NCBI GenBank assembly: GCA_016191345.1 | Contig: JACPOU010000012.1 | Span: 2,528-66,527, forward strand | Length of the DNA: 64,000 nt | Source: Chloroflexota bacterium | GTDB lineage: Bacteria; Chloroflexota; Limnocylindria; Limnocylindrales; CSP1-4 | Direction: 5' to 3' | Shown: piece after piece, positions 46,432-56,135 of the stretch | Layout: each line of letters begins with the position of its first letter | Numbering within the stretch: the first letter of the stretch is position 1 | The notes under the pieces: model-generated | Database searches by the model: none | What the model saw: the letters and a program-made list of their open reading frames with translations, nothing else | What the model was told of the DNA's origin: nothing | Program-made: the position numbers and the translations under genes

Positions 46432-47516
46432 CAGGCCTCGGAGCCGGCGTCGCCGCCGTCGCCGCCCGTGCCCGGGGCCGTCGCCGAGCCCGAGCCCAGG
46501 CCGTGCCGGCGCCGGGTGAGCCAGACCCGTCCACGCTGGGCCGTCCCGTACACGAACCGGCCGAGTGGATCGAGGACGAAGTCCCACGCCCCGATATACC
46601 GGATCTCGCGGCCGCCGAAGCCCGCCTTGAAGTGGGCGATGCCGGGGTGGGCGAGGCCCCACAGGTCGTAGGCGGTCGCCCCGGCCTCGCGCGACGAGCG
46701 GATCGCCTCCCACTTCAGGAGATAGTTGGCGCGGGATTCGGCACCCGCCTGGGTCATCCCGCCATACGGCTCAACGACGCGCGTACCACAGCGGACGAGG
46801 AACAGGGCCGCGGCGGGCTCGCCGTCCGGGAGCCGGGCGATGAGCAGCCGCGCCAGGCCGTGCGGCCGGTACGCGTTCCAGACGTCGCGATAGGCCTGCT
46901 CCGTCCGGATCAGGAAGCCGGCACGCGCGGCGGTCTCGCGATAGATCTCGTAGAAGATCGGCAGCGAATCGCCGTCGGCGTCCTCGACGGTGACACCGCC
47001 CGTGCGGGCCCGGTTCACGTACTGCCGCCACTTCTTCCGCAGGTCGGCAAGGAGCGCCGCCTCATCCGCCCGGAGGTCGATCATCCGCGTCGATGCGGGC
47101 TGGATCGCCGGGGCGGGCCGCCAGCCCGCCGCGCGGAGGGCGCGCCGCAGGGCACCGTCGGGATCCTGGGGGCCGTCGGCCTCGATCTCGGGATCGATCC
47201 GCAGGTGCGAGACGCGGCCCGTGGCGGCGAGGCCGCGCTGGACGGCGTCGGTGAACGGCGCGACGGCTCCCGGAGACCAGGCGGCCGTCACCGGGCCGCG
47301 CGGCGCATACGCGAAGGCCCATGGCAGCGGTCCCGGCCGGCGGAGGAGCACCTGGGCACCGATCAGGCCGCCGGGGGCCTCGGCCGCGACGCGCGTCGAC
47401 GTCCAGCCATTGACGGCCTTGACCTCGGCCCACGCCCCCAGCTGCAGGTAGGAGCCGGGTTCCGTGCCCTGGACGAACGCATCCCAGGCGGATCGGTCGG
47501 TGAGGTCGAGCGTCAC
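46431..47516 (-). CDS. FemABX-family peptidoglycan bridge peptidyltransferase
   Basis: YLQ..WAEVK...GW, YAPRGP, KKWRQYV, NYLLKWEAI, YDLWG and FKAGFGG. GTG 47516 overlaps the murJ stop. Confidence 0.88.
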   Translation of the reverse strand: MTLDLTDRSAWDAFVQGTEPGSYLQLGAWAEVKAVNGWTSTRVAAEAPGGLIGAQVLLRRPGPLPWAFAYAPRGPVTAAWSPGAVAPFTDAVQRGLAATGRVSHLRIDPEIEADGPQDPDGALRRALRAAGWRPAPAIQPASTRMIDLRADEAALLADLRKKWRQYVNRARTGGVTVEDADGDSLPIFYEIYRETAARAGFLIRTEQAYRDVWNAYRPHGLARLLIARLPDGEPAAALFLVRCGTRVVEPYGGMTQAGAESRANYLLKWEAIRSSREAGATAYDLWGLAHPGIAHFKAGFGGREIRYIGAWDFVLDPLGRFVYGTAQRGRVWLTRRRHGLGSGSATAPGTGGDGGDAGSEA

Positions 47517-49102
47517 GGTCGCGACCGGCGCCGGCGCCGGATCTGATCGCTCACGAGGCCGACGATAGAGGGCAGCTCGGGGATGCGCAAGGCGAGCGCT
47601 GCGGCGATGAAGACGGCCATCCCGCCCGTGGACGCGATCGCGGCGCCGACGAGGATCGTCAGCTTCGACGCCCCGGGCTCCAGCCAGCTGCCGAGCACCC
47701 CGGCCACCGCCGTCGCGACGATCGCGGCTGCAGCCCCACCGGCGATCGCCTCGAGGAGGACACGGAGGATTCCGCCGAGCTCGAACGTCGGGACGTGCCG
47801 GCCCAGCGCGACCAGGAGGACCGCGGCCTCGATCCACGCGGCCACGGCGATCGCGAGCGCGAGCCCGGGCAGCCCCAGCGGGCCGACCAGCAGCACGCCG
47901 AGGATCGTGTTGACGATGACCGCCAGGATCGCCGCCGCGACGGGCGTCCGGGTGTCCTGCCGGGCATAGAAGGCCCGGGCGAGCACAGCGATCGTGGCAT
48001 GCGCCGGCAGGCCGAGGAGGAAGAGCGCGAGCGTCTCGGCGGTGCTTCCGATGGCCTCGGCGTCGAACTTGCCGTAGCCGAAGAGGAGTTCGACGGTCGG
48101 GACGCGAAGGGCGATTCCGAGCGCGGCGATCGGGACCATCGCGAAGACGAGCAGGCGGACCGAGCGCGTCACGAGGGCGACGTACGAGTCGATCGCGCCG
48201 ACCGCGTGCTCGCGGGAGATCGACGGGAAGATGACGACGCCGAGCGGCACGCCGATGACCCCGACCGGGATCTGGAGCAGGGCGAAGGCGAGCGTGTAGT
48301 TCGAGATCGCGCCCTCGCCGAGCGACGAGGCGAGGGCCGTCATGACGATGAAGGTGACCTGCGAGGCGCCCAGTCCGAGCGTGCGCGGGGCGAGCAGTCC
48401 CAGCACCCGCCGCGCGGCCGCATCCGACAGGTCGAGGACGCGCGCCGGCCGGAACCCGAGGCCGAAGAGCGGCGGCAGCTGGACGAGGACGTGGCCGGCC
48501 GCGCCGGCAACGACGCCGATCGCGAGGCCGGTGACGCCCATCGTCGGCCCGAGAATGATCGCCGACCCGATGATTCCGAGGTTGTAGACGATCGGGGCGA
48601 AGGCCGCGGCCGTGAACCGGCCCTCGGCATTGAGCGCGCTCGTCGCGACGGCGCCCAGGGCCAGGAGGACCGGCGCCGCGAGCATCATCCGGGTGAGCTC
48701 CGTGGTCCGGGCAAGGTCGACGTCGTCGAAGCCCGGGGCCAGCAGCCGCACGAGGATCGGTGCCGCAAGGAAGGCGAGCAGGGCGAGCGTCGTCAGGGCC
48801 GCAAGGAGGAGATTCGCGAGCGTCGCGATGACCCGCCAGGCGTGGGCCCGGTCCCCTGCCGCGAACAGCCCCGAGACGACGGGGATCAGCGCCGATCCCA
48901 TCGCCCCGGCCGCGACGACCTGGTAGATGAGGTCCGGGAGCCGGAACGCGGCGAAGAAGTCATCGAGCTCGGGTCCCGACCCGAAGGTCGTGGCGAGGAC
49001 GACGCTCCGGACGTAGCCCAGGACCCGGGACACGAGGAACGCAAGGGCGAGGATCATCCCCGCCCTGACGAGGGCGCCGCGGGCGGGCGTGGTCCCCGTC
49101 AC
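47513..49102 (-). CDS. murJ: Lipid II flippase MurJ
   Basis: SRVLGYVR, AFRLPD and ARAFYARQDTRTPV; many TM helices. Start GTG 49102 inferred. Confidence 0.93.
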   Translation of the reverse strand: MTGTTPARGALVRAGMILALAFLVSRVLGYVRSVVLATTFGSGPELDDFFAAFRLPDLIYQVVAAGAMGSALIPVVSGLFAAGDRAHAWRVIATLANLLLAALTTLALLAFLAAPILVRLLAPGFDDVDLARTTELTRMMLAAPVLLALGAVATSALNAEGRFTAAAFAPIVYNLGIIGSAIILGPTMGVTGLAIGVVAGAAGHVLVQLPPLFGLGFRPARVLDLSDAAARRVLGLLAPRTLGLGASQVTFIVMTALASSLGEGAISNYTLAFALLQIPVGVIGVPLGVVIFPSISREHAVGAIDSYVALVTRSVRLLVFAMVPIAALGIALRVPTVELLFGYGKFDAEAIGSTAETLALFLLGLPAHATIAVLARAFYARQDTRTPVAAAILAVIVNTILGVLLVGPLGLPGLALAIAVAAWIEAAVLLVALGRHVPTFELGGILRVLLEAIAGGAAAAIVATAVAGVLGSWLEPGASKLTILVGAAIASTGGMAVFIAAALALRIPELPSIVGLVSDQIRRRRRSRP

Positions 49103-49109
49103 CGCGCGG

Positions 49110-50093
49110 TCACGGGGCGGGCTCCGCAATGCGCCGGGCGCGCGGGTGGGCGGAGCGGTAGGCGTCGCGGAGCCGTGCCGGGGAGACATGCGTGTAGATC
49201 TGGGTCGTGGCCAGGCTCTCGTGGCCAAGGAGCTCCTGGACGACGCGGAGGTCGGCCCCGCCGTCGAGGAGGTGCGTCGCAAAGGAGTGCCGGAGCGTGT
49301 GCGGGGAGACGCCGTCCGGCAGGCCGGCAGCCCGGCAGAGACCGTCGATCCGGAGCCGGAGCCCACGGACGCCGATCGCGTCGCCACGATGGTTGAGGAA
49401 CAGTTCGGCGGGATCCGGGCCCGGCGAGCGGCGGAGCGCGAGGAGCACTGGCCGGGATTCCTCCAGGTACGTCGTCAGCGCCGCGACCGCCGGCCGCCCG
49501 AGCAGCCCGACACGCTCCTTCCGGCCCTTCCCGAGGACGCGGATCTCGCCGCGACGAAGGGCGAGTGAGCCGAGGTCCGCGGAGGCGAGCTCGCTGATCC
49601 GGAGGCCCGCCGCATAGGCGACCTCGACGATCGCCCGGTCCCGGAGCGCGATGGCCGTGGCCACGCCCGTGCCGCGCCGGCGATCCGTGCCGGCCGCCCT
49701 GGCGAGCTCCGCGTCAACCGCCCCGAGGAGCCGCTCCACCTGCTCGACCTCGAGCACGCGTGGCAATCGCCGCGGGAGGCGCGGCGTCGAGATCGCGCCC
49801 CACGGATCCCCGGCGGCCAGGCCGTCCCGGGCCGCGAACCGATGAAAGGCGCGAATGGCCGCGAGGCGCTGGGCGACCGAGGTGCGGACGGCGGTCGAGG
49901 AGAGCCGGGCGAGGTAGGCCCGCAGGTCGCTGCGGCCGGGGCTCCGCCAGTCGATCCCCCGCTCCCCGAGCCAGTCGAGGTAGGCCGCCAGCGCGGTCCG
50001 GTAGGCCCGGATCGTGTGCGGCGACGCGTCACGCGCGGCGAGCGCCTGCAGGAAGCGCGCGAGGGCGCGTCCGGAATCGCTCGGCGCGGTCAC
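49110..50093 (-). CDS. xerC: Tyrosine recombinase, XerC-like
   Basis: SPHTIRAY, RDRAIVEVAYAAGLRISEL, GKGRKER, HTLRHSFATH and LGHESLATTQIY; directly downstream of topA. Confidence 0.85.
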   Translation of the reverse strand: MTAPSDSGRALARFLQALAARDASPHTIRAYRTALAAYLDWLGERGIDWRSPGRSDLRAYLARLSSTAVRTSVAQRLAAIRAFHRFAARDGLAAGDPWGAISTPRLPRRLPRVLEVEQVERLLGAVDAELARAAGTDRRRGTGVATAIALRDRAIVEVAYAAGLRISELASADLGSLALRRGEIRVLGKGRKERVGLLGRPAVAALTTYLEESRPVLLALRRSPGPDPAELFLNHRGDAIGVRGLRLRIDGLCRAAGLPDGVSPHTLRHSFATHLLDGGADLRVVQELLGHESLATTQIYTHVSPARLRDAYRSAHPRARRIAEPAP

Positions 50094-52528
50094 GCGGCCG
50101 GCGCGCTGTCGCCCCGCGATCGGCGACTGGCCGGTGTCGACCGGCCGCCGGACGTCGAGCCGCCGCGCGCTCCGGATGCGCGTCTGGCGCCGCCACGCGC
50201 CCCGCCGCGGGCCGGCCGCTTCGGGGCCAGCGCGGCGGGATCCGGCTGTCCACCGGCCAGGCGGCGCCCGACGAGCGGTGCCTCGCCCTCGGGGAGCTCG
50301 ATCGCGGCACCGCACCGCAGGCAGAGCGCGCCATCCGGGCGGCGGCCCACCGGGCCGTCGTCGGCATCGTGGACCGCCCCGAGCGGCTCGAAGTTCGTCG
50401 TGAAGTCGCACTTCGGGTAGGCGGAGCAGCCCCAGAAGACGTTGCCGGTCCGCCGCGCGCGACGCGCGACGAGATGGCCGTCGCCGTTCTTCGGACAGAT
50501 GACCTCGAACGGGAGCTGGTCCGGCGGCGGCGGCCCGTCGCGCTGGATGAAGTCGCAGTCCGGGTACCGCGAGCAGCCGACGAACGGCCCGAACCGTCCG
50601 CTCCGCGACGTCAGGACGCCCTCGCCGCACTTCGGGCAGACCTCGCCCGTCCCCGGCAGCTGCGGCGCCTCGTCCCCCGGCAGCGGCCGCGATTCCTTGT
50701 GCTCCGGATACTCGGAGCAGGCGAGGAACCGGCCGTTCCGGCCGAGGCGAATGACCATCGGGTGGCCGAGCGAGCAGACCTCGTCAGACGCTTCCGTCGT
50801 GAAGTCCTTGCGCTTCAGTTCCCGGCGCTTCTCGGCCACTCGATCCCTGAGAGGCCCGTAGAACGCCTCGAGGAGGGGCACCCACGGCCGCTCGCCTCGG
50901 GCGACCTCGTCCAGCTCCTCCTCCATCCGGGCGGTGAAGGCGACGTCGACGTAGTCGCCGAAGTGCTCGACGAGGAGGTCGGTGACGATGTCACCGATCA
51001 GCTCCGGCCGGAGCCGCCGCTCCTCGATCCGGACGTAGCCCCGGTCCACGATCGTCGAGAGCGTCGCCGCGTATGTCGACGGCCGGCCGATCCCATGCTC
51101 CTCGAGGGCCTTGACGAGCGAGGCCTCGGTGAACCGCGGCGGCGGCTCGGTGAAGTGCTGCGTCGGCTCCACCTCGGTGACGGTCGTCCGGTCGCCCTCG
51201 GCGAGCGCCGGCAGGCGGCCCTCGGACTCCTCCTCGCCGTCATCGTCGCGGCCTTCCGTGTAGACCCGGGCAAAGCCGTCGAAGAGCGTCCGCGTCGCGC
51301 TGGCCCGGAGCTCGTACGGGCCCGCGGCGAGCTCCGCGGTCGTCGTCTCGAGCTGCTTGGCCGCCATCTGCGAGGCGAGGGCGCGCTGCCAGATCAGCCG
51401 GTAGAGGCGCAGCTCCTCAGGCTTGAGCATGCTCGCGAGGCTGTCCGGATCCCGCCGGAAGCTCGTGGGCCGGATCGATTCGTGGGCCTCCTGGGCGCCC
51501 TTGCTCTTCGTCCTGTAGACGCGGCCCTTCGGCATCGTGTACGGCTGGCCGTACCGGTCGGCGATGACCTCGCGGGCCTCGCCCATCGCGATTCCGGCGA
51601 TGGCCGTCGAGTCGGTTCGCATGTAGGTGATGAGGCCGACGTGGCCGTCGAGCGTGTCCACGCCCTCGTAGAGCCGCTGGGCGACAGACATCGTCCGCTT
51701 CGGGCTGAAGCTGAGCTTCCGGCTCGCCTCCTGCTGGAGCGTCGACGTCGTGAACGGCGGGGCCGGGCTTCGCTGCTGGGTCCGCGTCCCGATGCTCGAG
51801 ACGACCGGCTGCAGGGACCGGAGGGCCTCGGCGTGATGCGTCGCCGACGCCTCGTCCGCGACGTCGAGCGGCTTGCCGTCGACCTTGACGAGATCGGCGC
51901 CGAAGGCCTCGCCAGCGGCCGTCGCGAGCGTCGCGCGCAGCGTCCAATACTCGCGGGCGGTGAAGGCGAGGATCTCCCGCTCGCGCTCGACCACGAGCCG
52001 GACCGCGACCGACTGGACGCGCCCGGCCGACAGGCCGCCGCGGACCTTCCGGGACAGGAGCGGGCTCAGGGTGTAGCCGACGAGGCGGTCCACGATCCGC
52101 CGCGCCTGCTGCGCGTCCACGAGGTCCGTGTCGATCTCACGCGGGTGGTCGAACGCGTCGCGGACGGCCCGCTCGGTGATCTCGGAGAAGGTCACCCGGC
52201 GCGTCTTCGAGGCCGGGACGTGAGCCGCCTCGGCGACGTGCCACGCGATCGCCTCGCCCTCCCGATCGAGGTCCGTGGCGAGGAAGACCGTGTCCGCCGT
52301 CCGGGCCGCCTTCTCGATCGCGTCGACCTGCTTCCGCCGGTCGTCCGAGATGACGTACTCGGGCGTGAAGCCATGGTCGACGTCGACGCCGAACTTGCCC
52401 TTGCCGGGATTCTCGGGCAGGTCCCGGACGTGACCGTACGAGGCCAGGACGCGGTAATCGTCGCCGAGGTAGCGCTCGATCGTGCGGGCCTTGGCCGGCG
52501 ACTCAACGATCACCAGGTGCTTCGGCAT
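50090..52528 (-). CDS. topA: DNA topoisomerase I
   Basis: IVESPAK, GHVRDL, ATDLDREGE, SAGRVQS, ITYMRTDS, AHESIRP and C-terminal Cys zinc ribbons. Confidence 0.97.
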   Translation of the reverse strand: MPKHLVIVESPAKARTIERYLGDDYRVLASYGHVRDLPENPGKGKFGVDVDHGFTPEYVISDDRRKQVDAIEKAARTADTVFLATDLDREGEAIAWHVAEAAHVPASKTRRVTFSEITERAVRDAFDHPREIDTDLVDAQQARRIVDRLVGYTLSPLLSRKVRGGLSAGRVQSVAVRLVVEREREILAFTAREYWTLRATLATAAGEAFGADLVKVDGKPLDVADEASATHHAEALRSLQPVVSSIGTRTQQRSPAPPFTTSTLQQEASRKLSFSPKRTMSVAQRLYEGVDTLDGHVGLITYMRTDSTAIAGIAMGEAREVIADRYGQPYTMPKGRVYRTKSKGAQEAHESIRPTSFRRDPDSLASMLKPEELRLYRLIWQRALASQMAAKQLETTTAELAAGPYELRASATRTLFDGFARVYTEGRDDDGEEESEGRLPALAEGDRTTVTEVEPTQHFTEPPPRFTEASLVKALEEHGIGRPSTYAATLSTIVDRGYVRIEERRLRPELIGDIVTDLLVEHFGDYVDVAFTARMEEELDEVARGERPWVPLLEAFYGPLRDRVAEKRRELKRKDFTTEASDEVCSLGHPMVIRLGRNGRFLACSEYPEHKESRPLPGDEAPQLPGTGEVCPKCGEGVLTSRSGRFGPFVGCSRYPDCDFIQRDGPPPPDQLPFEVICPKNGDGHLVARRARRTGNVFWGCSAYPKCDFTTNFEPLGAVHDADDGPVGRRPDGALCLRCGAAIELPEGEAPLVGRRLAGGQPDPAALAPKRPARGGARGGARRASGARGGSTSGGRSTPASRRSRGDSAPAA

Positions 52529-52581
52529 CGGGCGGGACTATACCTCAGGCCCCTGCACGCCCCGTTATCCCGGGATCCCGG

Positions 52582-52908
52582 TCAGGCCTCGCGTACGCGC
52601 CGCAGGAAGTCCTCGTCGATCTCGACGTCCTCGTCGCCCGCCGGCGCCGGCGCCGCGGGCCGGCCCTCGACGACCTCGTCCCTCGGCCGACCGGCGCTGT
52701 CCGTGCCCGCCGCGTGGATCTCGAGGAAGCGGATGTGGAGGTACGGAAAGACGAAGGTCGAGCTGGAGCTGTCGACGAACACGGGCCGCCGGCCGTCGAG
52801 GGTCCGGAGATTCGTGCAGATCAGGTTGAGGTCGGTGGGCTTCGGCTCCTCGAGAAGGTCGGCGAGGACCGGCTGCTCGCTGAGCAGGTGGATCACGACG
52901 CGCTGCAT
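52582..52908 (-). CDS. Hypothetical protein (108 aa)
   Basis: Globular-looking N-terminal part and acidic tail EIDEDFLRRVREA; good codon bias. Confidence 0.7.
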   Translation of the reverse strand: MQRVVIHLLSEQPVLADLLEEPKPTDLNLICTNLRTLDGRRPVFVDSSSSTFVFPYLHIRFLEIHAAGTDSAGRPRDEVVEGRPAAPAPAGDEDVEIDEDFLRRVREA

Positions 52909-52918
52909 GGCCGGCGGT

Positions 52919-54655
52919 TCAGCGCGGGCGGTAGAAGTCGACGACGAGGCGGACGCGACCGCTGGCCGCCCAGACCCCGATGCCGACCCGGTCGTACTTG
53001 GTGTTCATCAGGTTGACCCAGTGGCCGCCGCTGTAACTCCGTTCGCTCTGGTAGAAGAGGTGTGTCCCGAGAACGGAGGCATACGGCTCGCCGCTCCGGC
53101 AGCCCAGGTTCTCCGCCCAGATGTAGCTCGTATAGCCGGCGGCCTTCAGGCGGTCGGCCGGCGTGCCCCCGGAGAAGTGGGTGCACAGGTTGCTGAGGGC
53201 GAGCTTCTTCGCATAGGGGCGGGAGACGGTGGCGCTGATCCCGGCGTCCTGCACCAGCGGGGGCACGACCTGGCCGCCGGAGGCGGTACAGCCGCCGCTG
53301 GACGTGACGAGGCCGCCGCCGCGATTGCAGTTCATGAGCTTCAGGTAGTAGGTCTCCACGGCGCCCCAGGTGCCGGAGCCGAGGCTGCCGCCCGAGGTTC
53401 CGCCGGACGTTCCGCCGGCCGTCCCGCCGGACGTCCCGCCGCTCGTGCTGGGCGGTTTCGGCGGCACCGGCCTGGCGGCGGTCGTGAAGGAGACCGAGCT
53501 CGCGGCCCGGACCGGGAGTCCGGCCTTCGAGGTCGCTCCGGTGCCGATCGCGATCGTCACCGACTGCGAGTAGCCCAGGACGACCTTCGGATCGAAGATG
53601 AGGACGGTGTCGTTCTCGGCCCAGCTGAAGCTGCCCGCGATGGCCACGGCGCCCTGGGTCGCGGACCAGGCCGCCTCCGTCGTCGATCGGTCCATCGGCT
53701 CCGTGAAGCGGACCGAGAGGTTCTGGCTCCAGGCGACGCCTGCCGAGCGGTTGGCGGGCCGGAAGCGGACGACCGCGGGCGCGGCGGCAGTCCGGATCTG
53801 CAGCGCCTGGCCGCCGACCTCGACCCCCTCCGCGTCGAGGACCCCGGCGGCGAGCGCCACGCGGTAGGCCGTGTCCCCCCGGAGCGGGGCGTCCGGGACG
53901 AACTCGAAGGCAGGAGCGTCGGGTACGGCGTCCGCGGCCGGGACCAGCCGCCCGGCCAGCGCCGGCTCCACATCGAGGCCGACGGTCGACGCGTCGACCG
54001 GACCGTCAAAGGTGATCCGGAAGGTCGTCGCCGCGGTCGCCTCATTGCCGGCGAGGTTCGTCGCCGCGAGGGTGGCCGCAACGGGCGGGCGGGTATTGAA
54101 GGCGGCCCGGAGCCGCCGCTCGAGGGGCCGGCCGTCCGCATCGAGGGCGCCGGGCAGGACCGTGATCGAGTAGAAGGTCCCCGTCCGCCAGATGGTGGCG
54201 GGGCGAATGATCAGGCGCGTCGCCGTGTCATCCCATCCGAAGGTCACGTCCGTCGCGGGCGTGACCCGGATCATCGACTCGACGCTCGCCGCGTTCATGG
54301 CCGCCGCGAACGAGATCGTGACGGGAGCGACCGGTGATTCGGACGTCAGGATCTCGGTCGTGAACTCGGTCGGGTCGATGGCGGTTGCGCGCGACGGAGG
54401 CGTCGCCGCCGTGGGCGCGGGACGGGTGCCGGGGAACGCGACGATCGCGCCGACGGCGAGGACGATCGCGAGGACGAAGAGGCGGCGAGCCCCCGCGCGA
54501 CTGACGAGCGATCGGCCGATCACGCCGGCGAGGACGGGGACCGCCAGGGCGGTCGCGAACACGTTCCGCAATACGTTCAGTCTCCTGGCACGTCGCTGGG
54601 ACGATGGCATCGTGAGGCTGGGCGCCGAGCTTGGCGGCCGGTCGAAGGATAGCAC
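52919..54655 (-). CDS. Membrane-anchored surface protein with bacterial Ig-like repeats and C-terminal CAP/SCP domain
   Basis: N-terminal TM segments, about three Big_5-like repeats (FAAAMN, FDGPVD, FTEPMD), an SGGT linker, and CAP motifs AENLG and GHWVNLMN...VGIGV. Confidence 0.8.
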   Translation of the reverse strand: MLSFDRPPSSAPSLTMPSSQRRARRLNVLRNVFATALAVPVLAGVIGRSLVSRAGARRLFVLAIVLAVGAIVAFPGTRPAPTAATPPSRATAIDPTEFTTEILTSESPVAPVTISFAAAMNAASVESMIRVTPATDVTFGWDDTATRLIIRPATIWRTGTFYSITVLPGALDADGRPLERRLRAAFNTRPPVAATLAATNLAGNEATAATTFRITFDGPVDASTVGLDVEPALAGRLVPAADAVPDAPAFEFVPDAPLRGDTAYRVALAAGVLDAEGVEVGGQALQIRTAAAPAVVRFRPANRSAGVAWSQNLSVRFTEPMDRSTTEAAWSATQGAVAIAGSFSWAENDTVLIFDPKVVLGYSQSVTIAIGTGATSKAGLPVRAASSVSFTTAARPVPPKPPSTSGGTSGGTAGGTSGGTSGGSLGSGTWGAVETYYLKLMNCNRGGGLVTSSGGCTASGGQVVPPLVQDAGISATVSRPYAKKLALSNLCTHFSGGTPADRLKAAGYTSYIWAENLGCRSGEPYASVLGTHLFYQSERSYSGGHWVNLMNTKYDRVGIGVWAASGRVRLVVDFYRPR

Positions 54656-54683
54656 GGCCCATTCCGGAGTCGCCTCCGAGGGG

Positions 54684-56135
54684 TCAGGCAGCCGGATCTC
54701 CGGCCCGCGCCGGCGGCTCCATCTCGAGGCGGCCGGCGGGCCGGTAACGGCCGAAGGAGCCCGTCACGAGGCCCCGTGCCTCGAGCGCGGTGAGGCCGCC
54801 CAGCACGGCCGCGAGCGGCATCGTCGTGACCGCCACGAGCTCGTCGACGGTCGCAGCGCCGGCGACGAGCGCATCCGCGAGACGCGCATCGCGAGGGGCG
54901 AGCTCCAGGCGGCGGGCGGCCGAGGTCGGCTCGCGGACGGGTCGTGGCGAGGGGCGAAGGGAGGGCGCCGTCGCCGGGCCGGAGCGGCGTGCGGGCAGCG
55001 GCGCCGGAAACGCGGCCGGAAACGCGGCCGGAAACGCGGCCGCGGCGACGAGCCCGAGGTCGTCGAGGAGCTGCGGGATCCCGGCGACGATCCGCGCCTC
55101 GCCCGGGAATTCCCGGAGCCAGGACAGGCAGCCCGCCGATTCCGGAGCGTCGATCGGTCCCGGCACGACGAAGAGGTCGCGGCCCTGGTCCAGCGCCCAG
55201 CGGGCGGTCACGAGCGCCCCGCTCGTCGCCCCGGCCTCGACGACGACGACGGCATCGGCGAGGCCGCTGATGATCCGGTTGCGGCGGGGAAACGTCCCGC
55301 GCGTGGGCTCGGTGCCCGGCGGATGCTCGGACACGATCGCGCCCCCGGAGGCGACGATCGCGTCGGCGAGGTGATCGTGGGATTTCGGGAAGAGCCGGTC
55401 GTGCCCGCCGCCGATCACGCCCACGGTCCGGCCGTTCGCGAGAACGACGGCCTGGTGGGCCGCCCCGTCGATGCCGGTCGCGAGCCCGCTGGTCACGAGC
55501 GCGCCGGCGCGCGCCAGGGCCGCTCCGAGGCGCGCGGCGGTTCGACGGCCGGCATCGGTCGGCCGTCGCGTCCCCACCACGGCCACGGCGTGGCTGGCCT
55601 CGAGGGCTGAGACCTCGCCGCGGACGAACAGGACCCGCGGCGGCAGCTCGATCCGGCGGAGCCGCTGCGGGTAGCGGGAATCTGCGGACGACAGTGGCGC
55701 GACGCCCGCCGCCGCCATCGCGTCGAGGATCCGTCCGGGCTGCCGCGCCGCGACCGCGAGCGCCTCCGCCGCGCCATCGCTCATGGCATGTCCGCGACGG
55801 TCCGGATCCGGGTCCCGGCTGGCACCGAGCAGGGCCCGGACCCCGCTGGGCACGAGGGCCGCGGCCAGCACCTCGCGCGGATCGCCGAATGCCTCGAGGA
55901 GCCGTTCCAGGAAGATGGGCCCGACGCCGGTCGCGGACGTGAGGACGGCGAGCGCCTCGGCCTCGGAGAGCGCATCGACCGCCGGCGAGGCGCTGGCGCC
56001 CCCGGTGCCCGCACCCGGAGCGCGGACATCGGCGCCCGGCCCGCGGTCCATCCCCGGCGCACCGTCGCCGCCGTCCGCCTCCGGGAGGTGGGCCGCCAGC
56101 GGTCCGAGCGGTCCATGCCGTCCGATGCCGAGCAT
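54684..56135 (-). CDS. dprA: DNA-processing protein DprA
   Basis: VAVVGTR, SGLATGIDGAAH, FPRRNRIISGL, VVEAG..SGAL.TA and a C-terminal winged helix. Start ATG 56135. Confidence 0.93.
   Translation of the reverse strand: MLGIGRHGPLGPLAAHLPEADGGDGAPGMDRGPGADVRAPGAGTGGASASPAVDALSEAEALAVLTSATGVGPIFLERLLEAFGDPREVLAAALVPSGVRALLGASRDPDPDRRGHAMSDGAAEALAVAARQPGRILDAMAAAGVAPLSSADSRYPQRLRRIELPPRVLFVRGEVSALEASHAVAVVGTRRPTDAGRRTAARLGAALARAGALVTSGLATGIDGAAHQAVVLANGRTVGVIGGGHDRLFPKSHDHLADAIVASGGAIVSEHPPGTEPTRGTFPRRNRIISGLADAVVVVEAGATSGALVTARWALDQGRDLFVVPGPIDAPESAGCLSWLREFPGEARIVAGIPQLLDDLGLVAAAAFPAAFPAAFPAPLPARRSGPATAPSLRPSPRPVREPTSAARRLELAPRDARLADALVAGAATVDELVAVTTMPLAAVLGGLTALEARGLVTGSFGRYRPAGRLEMEPPARAGDPAA
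55003..55038. repeat. 12-bp tandem repeat, 3 copies, in the dprA linker
   Basis: gccggaaacgcg three times, encoding AFPA repeats. Confidence 0.8.

Noticed and set aside
49760-54337. 1525-aa plus-strand ORF (and similar long plus-strand ORFs such as 28005-30392, 41255-43567 and 57204-59843)
   Set aside because: Antisense to well-supported genes (topA, alaS, rel and others) and shows low-complexity Arg/Gly/Pro composition.
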